A stretch of DNA of 64,000 nucleotides from the human T2T-CHM13v2.0 reference genome, Homo sapiens (GCF_009914755.1 NC_060933.1); one strand, 5' to 3'; positions 13,700 through 29,100 are shown, counted from the first letter of the stretch. The notes: a model not told the origin generated them from the sequence alone. Numbers and translations are program-made.

Positions 13700-16600
13700 G
13701 GATTCAACCCGAATAGAATGGATTCAACCCGAATGGAATGGAAAGGAATGGAATAAACCCGAGTGGAATGGCATGGAATGGAGTGGAATGGAATGGAATG
13801 GAAGGGAATGGTACGGAATAGAATGGAATGGAACGAAATGGAATGGAATGGAATGGAATGGAATGGAATGGAATGGAATGAACCCGTGTGCAATTGAATG
13901 GAATCGAATGGAATGGAATGCAATGGAATGGATTCAACTAGAATGGAATGGAAAGGAATGGAATCAACTCGAGTGGAATGGCATGGCATGGAATGGAATG
14001 GAATGGAATGGAATGGAATGGAAAGGTAGGGAATAGAATGGAATGGAACGAAATGGAATGGAATGGAATGGAATGAATGGAATGGAATGGAATAGAATGG
14101 AATCCACCCGATTGCAGGGGAATGGAATGGAACGGAATGCAATGGAATGGAATGGAATGGATTCAACCCGAATGGAATGGAAAGGAATGGAATCAACCCG
14201 AGTGGAATGGCATGGAATGGAATGGAATGGAATGGAATGGAATGGTACGGAATAGAATGGAATGGAACGAAATGGAATGGAATGGAATGGAATGGAATGG
14301 AATGGAATGGAATCAACCTGAGTGCAATGGAATGGAGTGGAATGGAATGTAATGGAACGGAAACAACCCGAATGGAATGGAATGTAATGGAGTGTAAGGG
14401 AATTGAATACAATCAATCCGAATGTAATGGAATGGAATGGAACGGAATGGAATGGAATGGAATGGAATGGAATGGAATGGAATGGAATGAAATGGAATGG
14501 CAGGGAATGGAATGGAATCAACCCGAGTGCAAAGGAATGGAATGGAATGGAATGGAATGGAATGGAATGGAATGGAATGGAGTCAACCCGAATGGAATGG
14601 AAAGGAATGTAATAAACCTGAGTGGAATGGCATGGAATGGAATGGAATGGAATGGAATGGTACGGAATAGAATGGAATGGAACGAAATGGAATGGAATGG
14701 AATGGAATGGAATGGAATGGAATCAACCTGAGTGCAATGGAATGGAGTAGAATGGAATGTAATGGAATGGAAACAACCCGAATGGAATGGAATGTAATGG
14801 AGTGTAAGGGAATTGAGTACAATCAGTACGAATGTAATGGAATGGAATGGAACGGAATGGAATGGAATGGAAAGGAATGGAATCAACACGAGTGCAGGGG
14901 AATGGAATGGAATGGAATGCAATGGAATGGAATCATCCTGAATGGAATGGAATGCAATGGAATGGAATCAATCAACCCGAGTGCAATAGAATACAGAGGA
15001 ATGGAATGGAATGGAATGGAAACTACCCGAATGGAATGGAATGTAATGGAGTGTAAGGGAATTAAAAAGAATCAATCCGAATGTAATGGAATTGAACGGA
15101 AAGGAATGGAATGGAATGGAACGGAATGGAATGGAATGGAATGAAATGGAATGGCATGGAATGGAATGGAATCAACCCGAGTTCAATGGAATGGAATGGA
15201 ATGGAATGGAATGGAATGGAATGGAATGGATTCAACCCGAATGGAATGGAAAGGAATGGAATAAACCCGAGTGAAATGGCATGGAAGGGAATGGAATGGA
15301 ATGGAATGGTAAGGAATAGAATGGAATGGAACGAAATGGAATGGAATGGAATGGAATGGAATGGAATGGAATGGAATGAACCCGTGTGCAAAGGAATGGA
15401 ATGGAATGGAATGGAATGGAATAGAATGGAATGGGTTCAACTGGAATGGAATGGAAAGGAATGGAATCAACCCGAGTGCAATGGAATGGAGTGGAATGGA
15501 ATGGAATGGAATGGAATCAACCCGAGTGCAATGGAATAGAATGGAATGGAATGGAATGGAATGGAATGGAATGAATTCAACCCGAATGGAATGGAAAGGA
15601 ATGGAATAAACCCGAGTGGAATGGCATGGAATGGAGTGGAATGGAATGGAATGGAATGGTACGGAAGAGAATGGAATGGAACGAAATGGAATGAAATGGA
15701 ATAGAATGGAATGGAATGGAATGGAATGGAATGAACCCGTGAGCAATGGAATGGAATCGAATGGAATGGAATCGAATGGAATGGATTCAACTCGAATGGA
15801 ATGGAAAGTAATGGAATCAACCCGAGTGGAATGGCATGGAATGGAATCGAATGGAATGGAAAGGAATGGAATCAACCCGAGTGCAGAGGAATGGAATGGA
15901 ATGGAAGGCAATGGATTGGAATGAAATGGAATGGCATGGAATGGAATGGAATCAACCCGAGTTCAATGGAATTGAATGGAATGGAATGGAATGGAATGGA
16001 ATGGAATAAACTCGATTGCAAAGGAATGGAATGGAATGGAATGGAATGGAATGGAATGGAATGGAATTAACCCTAATAGAATGGAATGGAATGGAATAGA
16101 ATGGAATGGAATGGAAGGGAATGGAATGGAATGGAATGGAATTAACCCGAATAGAATGGAATGGAATGGAATTGAATGGAATGGAATGGAATGGAATCAA
16201 CTCGATTTCAATGGAATGGAATGGAATGGAATGGAATGGAATGGAATGGAATAGAATCGAATCCACCCGAGTGCAGGGGAATGGAATGGAATAGAATGCA
16301 ATGGAATGGAATCATACGGAATGGAATGGAATGAAATGGAATTGAATGGAATGGAAAGGAATGGAAACAACCCGAATGGAAAGGAATGTGATGGATTGTA
16401 AGGGAATTGAATAGAATCAATCCGAATGTAATGGAATTGAATGGAACGGAATGGAATGGAATGGAATGGAATGGAATGGAATGCAAAGGAATGGGATCAA
16501 CCCGAGTGCAATGGAATGGAATCGAAAGGAATGGAATGGAATGGAAAGGCTTCACCCCGAATGGAATGGAAAGGAATGGAATCAACCCGAGTTGAATGGA

Positions 16601-17025
16601 ATGGAATGGAATGGAATGGAATGGAATGGAATGGAATGGAATGCAATGGAATGGAACGGAATGGAATCAACCCGATTGCAATGAAACTGAATGGAATGGA
16701 ATGGAATGGAATGGAATTAACCCAAATAGAATGGAATGGAATGGAATGGAATGGTATGGAATGGAATGGAACGGAATGGAATGGAATGGAATTGAATGGA
16801 ATCAACCCGGGTGCAGGGGAATGCAATTGAATGGAAGGCAATGGAATGCAATCATCCGAAATGGAATGGAATTGAATGGAATGGAATGGTTTCAACCCGA
16901 ATGGAATGGAATGGAAAGGAATCAACCCGAGTGGAATGGCATGGAATGGAATGGAATGGAATGGAATGGAAAGGAATGGAATGGAATGGTATGGAATAGA
17001 ATGGAATGGAACGAAATGGAATGGA
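13700..17025 (+). repeat. ~3.86 kb higher-order repeat, copy 3 (partial, ~3.3 kb)
   Basis: Offsets of 3853-3868 to copy 2 (12629/16497, 12928/16796). Similarity ends near 17025, where CAATCCGAGTGGAATAGAAGGG replaces the expected CAACCCGACTGC. Confidence 0.88.
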
Positions 17026-20000
17026 ATGGAACGGAATGGAATGGAATCAATCCGAGTGGAATAGAAGGGAATGCAATCGAGTAGAATGGAAAGCAATGGA
17101 ATCAACCAGAGTGGAATGGAAGGGAATGGAATGGAATGGAATGGAATGGAATGGAATGGAATGGAATGGAATGGAATGGAATGGAATGGAATCAAGTCGA
17201 TTGCAATGGAATGTAATGGAATGGAGTGGAATGGAATTAACGCGAATAGAATGGAATGGAATGGAATGGAATGGAATGGAATCAACCTGAGTGCAGGGGA
17301 ATGGAATGCAATGGAATGCAATGGAATGCAAAGGAATGGAATGGAATGGAATGGAATCAACGCGAGTACAGGGGAATGGAATTTAATGGAATGCAATGGA
17401 ATGGGATCTTCCGGAATGGAATGGAATGGAATGGAATCAACCCGAGTGCAATGGAATGGAGAGGAATGGAATGGAATGGAATGGAACAACCCGAATGGAA
17501 TCGAATGTAATGGAGAGTAAGGGAGTTGAATAGAATCAATCCGAATGTAATGGAATGGAATGGAACGGAATGGAATTGAATGGTATCGAATGGAATGCAA
17601 TGTAATGGAATCAACCCGAGTGCAATGGAATGGAGAGGAATGGAATGGAATGGAATGGAAACTACCCGAATGGAATGGAATGTAATGGAGTGTAAGGGAA
17701 TTGAATAGAATCAATCCGAATGTAATGGAATGGAATGGAACGGAATGGAATGGAATGGAATGGAATGGAATGGAATGGAATGGAATACAATGGAATGGAA
17801 TCAACCCGAGTGCAATCGAATGGAATCGAATGTAATGGAATGCAATGGAATGGATTCAACTTGAATGGAATGGAAAGAAAGGAATCAATACGAGTGGAAT
17901 GGCATGGATTGGAATGGAATGGAATGGAATCAACCCGAGTACAGGGGAATGGAATGGAATGGAATGCAATGGAATGGAATCATCCGTAATGTAATGGAAA
18001 GGAATGGAATGGAATGGAATGGAATGGAATGGAATGGAATCAACTCGATTGCAATCGAATGGAATGGAATGGAATTAACCCAAATAGAATGGAATGGAAT
18101 GGAATGGAACGGAACGGAATGGAATGCAATGGAATGGAATAGAATGGAATGGAACGGAACGGAACGGATTGGAATGGAATGGAATGGAATGGAATCAACG
18201 CGAGTGCAGGGAAATGGAATGGTATGGAATGCAATGGAATGGAATCTTCCGGAATGGAATGGAATGGAATGGAATGGCATGAAATGCAATGGATTCAACT
18301 CGATTGCAATAGAATGGAATAGAATGGAATGGAATGGAATGGAATGGAATTAACCCGAATAGAATGGAATGGAATGGAATGGAACGGAATGGAACGGAAT
18401 GGAATGGAATGGAATGGAATGCAACGGTATGGAATGGAATGGAATGGAATCAACCCGAGTGCAATGGAATGGAGTGGAATGGAATGGAATGGAATGGAAC
18501 AACCCGAATGGAATGGAATGTAATGGAGAGTAAGGGAGTTGAATAGAATCAGTCCGAATGTAATGGAATGGAATGCAACGGAATGGAATGGAATGGAATG
18601 GAATGGAATGGAATGGAATCAACCCGAGTACAATGGAATGGAATGGAATGGAATGGAATGGAATGGAATGGAATTGAATGGAATGGAATGCCTTCAAACC
18701 GAATGGAATGGAAAGGAATGGAATCAACAAGAGTGGAATGGAATGGAATGGAATGGAAAGGAATGGAATGGTACGGAATAGAATGAATGGAACGAAATGG
18801 AATGGAATGGAATGGAATGGAATGGAATGGAATGGAATGGAATGGAATGGAATCGATCCGAGTGGAATAGGAGGGAATGTATTCGATTGGAATGGAAAGG
18901 AATGGAATCAACCAGAGTGGAATGGAAGGGAATGGAATGGAATGGAAACTAATAGAATGGAATCAACCTGAGTGGAATGGAATGGAATGGAATGGAATGG
19001 AATGGAATGGAATGGAATGGAATGGAATCAACTTGATTGTAATAGAATGGAATGGAATGGAATGGAATGGAATGGAATGGCATGGAATGGAATTAACCCG
19101 AATACGATGGAATGGAATGGAATGGAACGGAATGGAGTGGAATGGAATGGAATCAAACCGAGTGCAGGGGAATGGAATGGAATGGAATGCAATGGAATGG
19201 AATCATCCGGAATGGAATGGAATGGAATGGAATGCAAAGCTATTGAATCAACTCGATTGCAATGGAATGGAATGGAATGGAAAGGAATAGAATGGAATCA
19301 ACCCGAGTGGAATGGAATGGAAAGGACTGGAATGGAGTGGAATGGAATGGAATGGAATGGAATGCAATCAACTCGATTGGAATGGAATGGAATGGAATGG
19401 AATGGAATGGAATGGAATCAACTCGATTGCAATCGAATGGAATGGAATGGAATTAACCCGAATAGAATGGAATGGAATGGAATGGAACGGAACGGAATGG
19501 AATGGAATGGAATGGAATGAAATGGAACGGAACGGAACGGAATGGAATGGAATGGAATGGAATGGAATGGAAAGGAATCATCGCGAGTGCAGGGGAATGG
19601 AATGGAATGGAATGCAATGGAATGGAATCTTCCGGAATGGAATGGAATGGAATGGAATGAAATGCAATGGATTCAACTCGATTGCAATGGAATGGAATGG
19701 AATGGAATGGAATGGAATGAAATGCAATGGATTCAACTCGATTGCAATGGAATGGAATAGAATGGAATGGAATGGAATGGAACGGAATGGAACGGAATGG
19801 AATGGAATGGAATGGAATGGAATGGAATGGAATGGTATGGAATGGAATGGAATGGTACGGAATAGAATGGAATGGAACGAATTGTAATGGAATGGAATTG
19901 AATGGAATGGAATGGAATGGAATGGAATGGAATGGAATCAACGCGAGTGCAGGGGAATGTAATGGAACGGAATGCAATGGAATGGAATCATCCGGAATGG

Positions 20001-20189
20001 AATGGAACGGAATGGAATGGAATGGAATCAACCCGAGTGCAATGGAATGGAGTGGAATGGAATGGAATGGAATGGAACAACCCGAATGGAATGGAATGTA
20101 ATGGAGAGTAAGGGAGTTGAATAGAATCAATCCGAATGTAATGGAATGGAATGCAACGGATTGGAATGGAATGGAATGGAATGGAATGC

Positions 20190-23100
20190 AATGGAATGGA
20201 ATCAACCCGAGTACAATGGAATGGAATGGAATGGAATGGAATGGAATGGAATGGAAAGCCTTCAAACCGAATGGAATGGAAAGGAATGGAATCAACACGA
20301 GTGGAATGGAATGGAATGGAATGGAATGGAATGGAATGGAATGGAATGGAATGGAATGATACGGAATAGAATGTAATGGAACAAAACGGAATGGAATGGA
20401 ATGGAATGGAATGGAATGGAATGAAATGGAATGGAATCGTTCCGAGTGGAATAGGAGGGAATGTATTCGAGTGGAATGGAAAGGAATGGAATCAACCAGA
20501 GTGGAATGGAAGGGAATGGAATGGAATGGAAACTAATAGAATGGAATCAACCCGAGTGGAATGCAATGGAAAGGACTGGAATGGAATGGAATGGAATGGA
20601 ATGGAATGGAATGGAATCAACTCGATTGGAATGGAATGGAATGGAATGGAATGGAATGGAATGGAATTAACCCGAATACAATGGAATGGAATGGAATGCA
20701 ACGGAATGGAGTGGAACGGAATGGAATCAACCCGAGTGCAGGGGAATGCAATGGAATGGAATGCAATGGAATGGAGTCATCCGGAATGGAATGGAATGGA
20801 ATGGAATGCAAAGCAATGGAATCAACTCGATTGCAATGGAATGGAATGGAATGGAAAGGAATACATTGGAATCAACCCGAGTGGAATGGAATGGAAAGGA
20901 CTGGAATGGAGTGGAATGGAATGGAATGGAATGGAATGGAATCAACTCGATTGGAATGGAATGGAATGGAATGGAATGAATGGAATGGAATGGAATGGAA
21001 TTAACCCGAATAGAATGGAATGGAATGGAATGGAACAGAACGGAACGGAACGGAACGGAATGGAATGGAATGGAATGGAATGGAATGGAATGGAATGGAA
21101 TCAACCCGACTACAGGGGAATGGAATGGAATGGAAAGCAATGGAATGGATTCAAATTGAATGGAATGGAAAGAATGGAATCAACACGAGTGGAATGGCAT
21201 GGATTGGAATGGAATGGAATGGAATCAACCCGAGTACAGGGGAAAGCAATGGAATGGAATGCAATGGAATGGAATCATCCGTAATGGAATGGAAAGGCAT
21301 GGAATGGAATGGAATGGAATGGAATGGAATGGAATGGCAAGGAATCAACTCGATTGCAATCGAATGGAATGGAATGGAATTAACCCGAATAGAATGGAAT
21401 GGAATGGAATGGAACAGAACGGAACGGAATGGAATGGAATGGAATGGAATGGAATGGAACGGAACAGAAAGGAATTGAATGGAATGGAATGGAATGGAAT
21501 GCAATGGAATCAACGTGAGTGCAGGGGAATGGAATGGAATGGAATGCAATGGAATGGAATCTTCCGGAATGGAATGGAATGGAATGGAATGGAATGGAAT
21601 TGAATGGAATCAACCTGAGTGCAATGGAATGGAGTGGAATGGAATGGAATGGAATGGAACAACCCGAATGGAATCGAATGTAATGGAGAGTAAGGGAGTT
21701 GAATAGAATCAATCCGAATGTAATGGAATGGAATGGAACGGAATGGAATTGAATGGTATGGAATGGAATGCAATGGAATGGAATCAACCCGAGTGCAATG
21801 GAATGGAGAGGAATGGAATGGAATGGAATGGAAACTACCCGAAAGGAATGGAATGTAATGGAGTGTAAGGGAATTGAATAGAATCAATGCGAATGTAATG
21901 GAATGGAATGGAACGGAATGGAATGGAATGGAATGGAATGGAATGGAATGGAATGGAATGGAATGGAATGCAATGGAATGGAATCAACCCGAGTGCAATC
22001 GAATGGAATCGAATGGAATGGAATGCAATGGAATGGATTAAACTTGAATGGAATGGAAACAATGGAATCAATACGAGTGGAATGGCATGGATTGGAATGG
22101 AATGGAATGGAATCAACCCGAGTACAGGGGAATGGAATGGAATGGAATGCAATGGAATGGAATCATCCGTAATGTAATGGAAAGGAATGGAATGGAATGG
22201 AATGGAATGGAATGGAATGGAAGGGAATCAACTCGATTGCAATCGAATGGAATGGAATGGAATTAACCCAAATAGAATAGAATGGAATGGAATGGAACGG
22301 AACGGAATGGAATGGAATGGGATGGAATGGAATGGAATCAACGCGAGTGCAGGGGAATGTAATGGAACGGATTGCAGTGGAATGGAATCATCCGGAATGG
22401 AATGGAATGGAATGGAATGGAATGGAATCAACCCGAGTGCAATGGAATGGAGTGGAATGGAATGGAATGGAATGGAACAACCCGAATGGAATGGAATGTA
22501 ATGGAGAGTAAGGGAGTTGAATAGAATCAATCCGAATGTAATGGAATGGAATGCAATGGATTGGAAAGGAATGGAATGGAATGGAATGCAATGGAATGGA
22601 ATCAACCCGAGTACAATGGAATGGAATGGAATGGAATGGAATGGAATGGAAAGCCTTCAAACCGAATGGAATGGAAAGGAATGGAATCAACACGAGTGGA
22701 ATGGAATGCAATGGAATGGAATGGAATGGAATGATACGGAATAGAATGGAATGGAACGAAATGGAATGGAATGGAATGGAATGGAATGGAATGGAATGGA
22801 ATAGTTCCGAGTGGAATAGGAGGGAATGTATTCGAGTGGAATGGAAAGGAATGGAATCAACCAGAGTGGAATGGAAGGGAATGGAATGGAATGGAAACGA
22901 ATAGAATGGAATCAACCCGAGTGGAATGGAATGGAAAGGACTGGAATGGAATGGAATGGAATGGAATGGAATGGAATGGAATCAACTCGATTGGAATGGA
23001 ATGGAAAGGAATGGAATGGAATGGAATGGAATTAACCCGAATAGAATGGAATGGAATGGAATGGAACGGAACGGAACAGAATGGAATGGAATGGAATGGA

Positions 23101-26100
23101 ATGGAATGGAATGGAATGGAATCAACCCGACTGCAGGGGAATGGAATGGAATGGAATGCAATGGAATCAACTCGAGTACAGGGGAATGGAATGGAATGGA
23201 ATGCAATGGAATAGAATCATCCGTAATGGAATGGAATGGAATGGAATGGAATGGAATGGAATGGAATGGAATGGAATGGAATCAACTAGATTGCAATCGA
23301 ATGGAATGGAATGGAATTAACGCGAATAGAATGGAATGGAATGGAATGGAACGGAACGGAATGGAATGGAATGGAATGGAATGGAACGGAAAGGAATGGA
23401 ATGGAATGGAATGGAATGGAATTAACCCGAATAGAATGGAATGGAAAGAAATGGAACGGAACGGAACGGAACGGAATGGAATGGAATGGAATGGAATGGA
23501 ATGGAATGGAATCAACCCAACTGCAGGGGAATGGAATGGAATGGAATGCAATGGAATCAACCCGAGTACAGGGGAATGGAATGGAATGGAATGCAATGGA
23601 ATAGAATCATCCATAATGGAATGGAAAGGAATGGAATGGAATGGAATGGAATGGAATGGAATGGAATCAACTCGATTGCAATCGAATGGAATGGAATGGA
23701 ATTAACGCGAATAGAATGGAATGGAATGGAATGGAACGGAACGGAATGGAATGGAATGGAATGGAATGGAACGGAAAGGAATGGAATGGAATGGAATGGA
23801 ATGGAATGGAATGGAATGGAATCAACGCGAGTGCAGGGGAATGGAATGGAATCGAATGTAATGGAATGGAATGGAATGGAATAAACCCGAGTGCAGGGGA
23901 ATGTAATGGAAAGGAATGCAACGGAATGGAATCATCCGGAATGGAATGGAATGGAATGGAATGCAAAGCAATGGAATCAACTCGATTGCAATGGAATGGA
24001 ATGGAATGGAAAGGAATAGAATGGAATCACCCGAGTGTAATGGAATGGAAAGGACTGGAATGGAGTGGAATGGAATGGAATGGAATGGAATGGAATGGAA
24101 TGGAATGGAATTCACCCGAATAGAATGGAATGGAATGGAATGGAACGAAATGGAATGGAATGGAATGGAATGGAATGGAATGGAATGGAATGGAATCAAC
24201 CCGACTGCAGGGGAATGGAATGGAATGGAATGGAATGGAATGGAATGGAATCATCCGGAACGGAATGGAATGGAATGGAATGGAATCAACTCGATTGCAA
24301 TGGAATGGAAGGGAATGGAATGGAATCGAATGTTATGGAATGGAATTAACCAGAATAGAATGGAATGGAATGGAATGGAACGGAATGGAATGGAATGGAA
24401 TGGAATGGAATGGAATCAACCCGAGTGCAGGGGAATGGAATGGAATGGAATGCAATGGAATGGAATCATCCGGAATGGAATGGAATGGAATGGAATGCCA
24501 TCAACCTGATGCAATGGAATGGAGTGGAATGGAATGGAATGGAATGGAAACATCCCGAATGGAATGGAATGTAATGGAGTGTAAGGGAATTGAATAGAAT
24601 CAATCCGAATGTAATGGAATGGAATGGAATGAAATGGAATGGAATGGAATGGAATGGAATCAACCCGAGTGCAATGGAATGGATTCGAATGGAATGGAAT
24701 GGAATGGAATGGATTCAACAAGAATGGAATGGAAAGGAATGGAATCAACCCGAGTGTAATGGCATGGAATGGAACGGAATGGAATGGGATGGAATGGAAT
24801 GGTACGGAATAGAATGGAATGGAATGAAATGGAATGGAATGGAATGGAATGGAATGGAATGGAATGGAATGGAATGAACCCGTGTGCAATGGAATGGAAT
24901 GGAATGGAATGGATTCAACTCGAATGGAATCAACTCGATTGCAATGGAATGGAATGGAATGGAAAGGAATAGAATGGAATCAACCCGAGTGGAATGGAAT
25001 GGAAAGGACTGGAATGGAGTGGAATGCAATGGAATGGAATTAACCCGAATAGAATGAAATGGAACGGAATGGAACGGAATGTAATGCAATGGAATCGAAT
25101 GGAATCAACCCGAGTGCTGGGGAATGGAATGGAATGGAATGCAATGCAATGGAATCATCCGGAATGGAATGGAATGGAATGGAATGGAATGGAATGGAAT
25201 CAACTCGATTTCAATGGAATGGAATGGAATAGAATGGAATGGAATTAACACGAATAGAATGGAATGGAATGGAATGGAATGGAATGGAACAGAAAGGAAT
25301 GGAATGGAATGGAATGGAATCAACCCAAGTGCAGGGGAATGGAATGGAATGGAATTCAATGGAATGGAATCATCCGGAATGGAATGGAATGGAATGGAAT
25401 GGAATGGAATGGAATCAACCCGAGTGCAATGGAATGGAGAGGAATGGAATGGAATGGAATGGAAACTACCCGAATGGAATGGAATGTAATGGAGTGTAAG
25501 GGAATTGAATAGAATGAATCCGAATGGAATGGAATGGAATGGAAAGGAATGGAATGGAATGGAATGAAATGCAATGCCATGGAATCAACCCGAGTGCAAT
25601 CGAATGGAATCGAATGGAATGGAATGCAATGGAATGGATTCAACTTGAATGGAATGGAAAGAATGGAATCAACACGAGTGGAATGGCATGGATTGGAATG
25701 GAATGGAATGGAATCAACCAGAGTACAGGGGAATGGAATGGAATGGAATAAAATGGAATGGAATCATACGTAATTTAATGGAAAGGAATGGAATGGAATG
25801 GAATGGAATAAACTGGAATGGAATCATACGTAATTTAATGGAAAGGAATGGAATGGAATGGAATGGAATGGAATGGAATGGAATGGAATGGAATCAACTC
25901 GATTGCAATCGAATGGAATGGAATGGAATTAACCCGCATAGAATGGAATGGAATGGAATGGAACGGAACGGAACGGAATGGAATGGAATGGAATGGAATG
26001 GAATGGAATGGAACGGATCGGAATGGAATGGAATGGAATGGAATGGAATGGAATCAACACGAGTGCAGGGGAATGGAATGGAATGGAATGCAATGCAATG

Positions 26101-29100
26101 GAATCTTCCGGAATGGAATGGAATGGAATGCAATGGATTCAACTCGATTGCAATGGAATGGAATAGAATGGAATGGAATGGAACGGAATGGAATTAACCC
26201 GAATAGAATGGAATGGAATGGAATGGAACGGAACGGAACGGAACGGAACGGAATGGAATGGAATGGAATGGAATTGTATGGAATGGAATGGAATGGTACG
26301 GAATAGAATGGAATGGAAAGAATTGGAATGGAATGGAATGGAATGGAATGGAATGGAATCAACCCGAGTGCAGGGGAATGTAATGGAACGGAATGTAATG
26401 GAATGGAATCATCCGGAATGGAATGGAATGGAATGGAATGGAATGGAATGGAATGGAATGGAATCAACCCGAGTGCAATGCAATGGAGTGGAATGGAATG
26501 GAATGGAATGGAACAACCCGAATGGAATGGAATGTAATGGAGAGTAAGGGAGTTGAATAGAATCAATCCGAATGTAATGGAATGGAATGGAACGGAATGG
26601 AATTGAATGGAATGGAATGGAATGCAATGGAGTGGAATCAACCCGAGTGCAATGGAATGGAGAGGAATGGAATGGAATGGAATGGAAACTACCCGAATGG
26701 AATGGAATGTACTGGAGTGTAAGGGAATTGAATAGTATCAATCCGAATGTAATGGAATGGAATGGAACGGAATGGAATGGAATGGAATGGAATGGAATGG
26801 AATCGTTCGGAGTGGAATAGGAGGGAATGTATTCGAGTGGAATGGAAAGGAATGGAATCAACCAGAGAGGAATGGAAGGGAATGGAATGGAATGGAAACT
26901 AATAGATTGGAATCAACCCGAGTGGAATGGAATGGAAAGGACTGGAATGGAATGGAATGGAATGGAATGGAATCAACTCGATTGTAATGGAATGGAATGG
27001 AATGGAATGGAATGGAATGGAATGGAATGGAATTAACCCGAATACAATGGAATGGAATGGAATGGAATGGAATGGAACGGAATGGAGTGGAATGGAATGG
27101 ATTCAACCCGAGTGCAGGGGAATGGAATGGAATGGAATGCAATGGAATGGAATCATCCGGAATGGAATGGAATGGAATGGAATGCAAAGCAATGGAATCA
27201 ACTCGATTGCAATGGAAAGAGATCGAATGGAAAGGAATAGAATGGAATCAACCTGGTTGGAATGGAATGGAAAGTACTGGAATGGAGTGGAATGGAATGG
27301 AATGGAATGGAATGGAATGCAATGGAATGGTATGGAATGGAATGGAATGGTACGGAATAGAATGGAATGGAAGGAATTGTAATGGAATGGAATTCAATGG
27401 AATGGAATGGAATGGAATGGAATCAACGCGAGTGCAGGGGAATGTAATGGAACGGAATGCAATGGAATGGAATCATCCGGAATGGAATGGAATGGAATGG
27501 AATGGAATGGAATCAACCCGAGTGCAATGGAATGGAGAGGAATGGAATGGAATGGAATGGAAACTACCCGAATGGAATGGAATGTAATGGAGTGTAAGGG
27601 AATTGAATAGAATCAATCCGAATGTAATGGAATGGAATGGAACGGAATGGAATGGAATGGAATGGAATGCCTTCAACCCGAATGGAATGGAAAGGAATGG
27701 AATCAACACGAGTGGAATGGAATGGAATGGAATGGAATGGAATGGAATGGAATGGAATGATACGGAATAGGATGGAATGGAACGAAATGGAATGGAATGG
27801 AATGGAATGGAATGGAATGGAATGGAATGGAATGGAATGGAATCGTTCCGAGTGGAATAGGAGGGAATGTATTCGAGAGGAATGGAAAGGAATGGAATCA
27901 ACCAGAGTGGAATGGAAGGGAATGGAATGGAATGGAAAATAATAGAATGGAATCAACCCTAGTGGAATGGAATGGAAAGGACTGGAATGGAAAGGAATGG
28001 AATGGAATGGAATGGAATGGAATGGAATGGAATGGAATGGAATGGAATCAACGCGAGTGCAGGAGAATGGAATGGAATCGAATGGAATGGAATGGAATGG
28101 AATCAACCTGAGTGCAGGGGAATGTAATGGAACGGAATGCAATGGAAAGGAATCATCCGGAATGGAATGGAATGGAATGGAATGGAATCAACCCGAGTGC
28201 AATGGAATGGAGTGGAATGGAATGGAATGGAATGGAACAACCCAAATGGAATGGAATGGAATGGAGAGTAAGGGAGTTGAAAAGAATCAATCCGAATGGA
28301 ATGGAATGCAATGGAACGGAATGGAATGGAATGGAATGGAATGGAATGGAATGCAATGGAATGGAATCAACCCGAGTACAATGGAATGGAATGGAATGGA
28401 ATGGAATGGAATGGAACGGAATGGAATGGAATGGAATGCAATGGAATGGAATCTTCCGGAATGGAAAGGAATGGAATGGAATGGAATGGAATGGAATGCA
28501 ATGGATTCAACTCGATTGCAATGGAATGGAATAGAATGGAATGGAATGGAATGGAATGGAATTAAACCGAATAGAATGGAATGGAAAGGAATGGAACGGA
28601 ACGGAACGGAACTGAACGGAACGGAACGGAGTGGAATGGAACGGAATGGAATTGTATGGAATGGAATGGAATGGTACGGAATAGAATGGAATGGAATGAA
28701 TTGGAATGGAATGGAATCGAATGGAATGGAATGGAATGGAATGGAATCAACCCGAGTGCAGGGGAATGTAATGGAACGGAATGCAATGGAATGGAATCAT
28801 CCTGAATGGAATGGAATGGAATCAACCCGAGTGCAATGGAATGGAGTGGAATGGAATGGAATGGAATGGAACAACCCGAATGGAATGGAATGTAATGGAG
28901 AGTAAGGCAGTTGAATAGAATCAATTCGAAAGTAATGGAATGGAACGGAATGGAATGGAATGGAATGGAATGGAATGGAATGGAATGGAATGGAATGCAA
29001 TGGAATGGAATCAACCCGAGTACAATGGAACGGAATGGAATGGAATGGAATGGAATGGAATGGAATGGAATGGAATGGAATGGAATGGAATCAACCCGAG

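Noticed and set aside
5974-17025. Repeat-spacer appearance suggestive of a CRISPR array
   Set aside because: No unique spacers, no constant repeat length and no cas genes; the interruptions are recurrent mutated pentamers.
5974-17025. Assignment to DYZ1 (Yq12) because of the kb-scale period
   Set aside because: The period is ~3.86 kb rather than ~3.6 kb, is limited to three copies, and the CAACCCGAGT-rich vocabulary does not suggest DYZ1. Subfamily and chromosome (chr9-type HSat3B is plausible) need k-mer classification.
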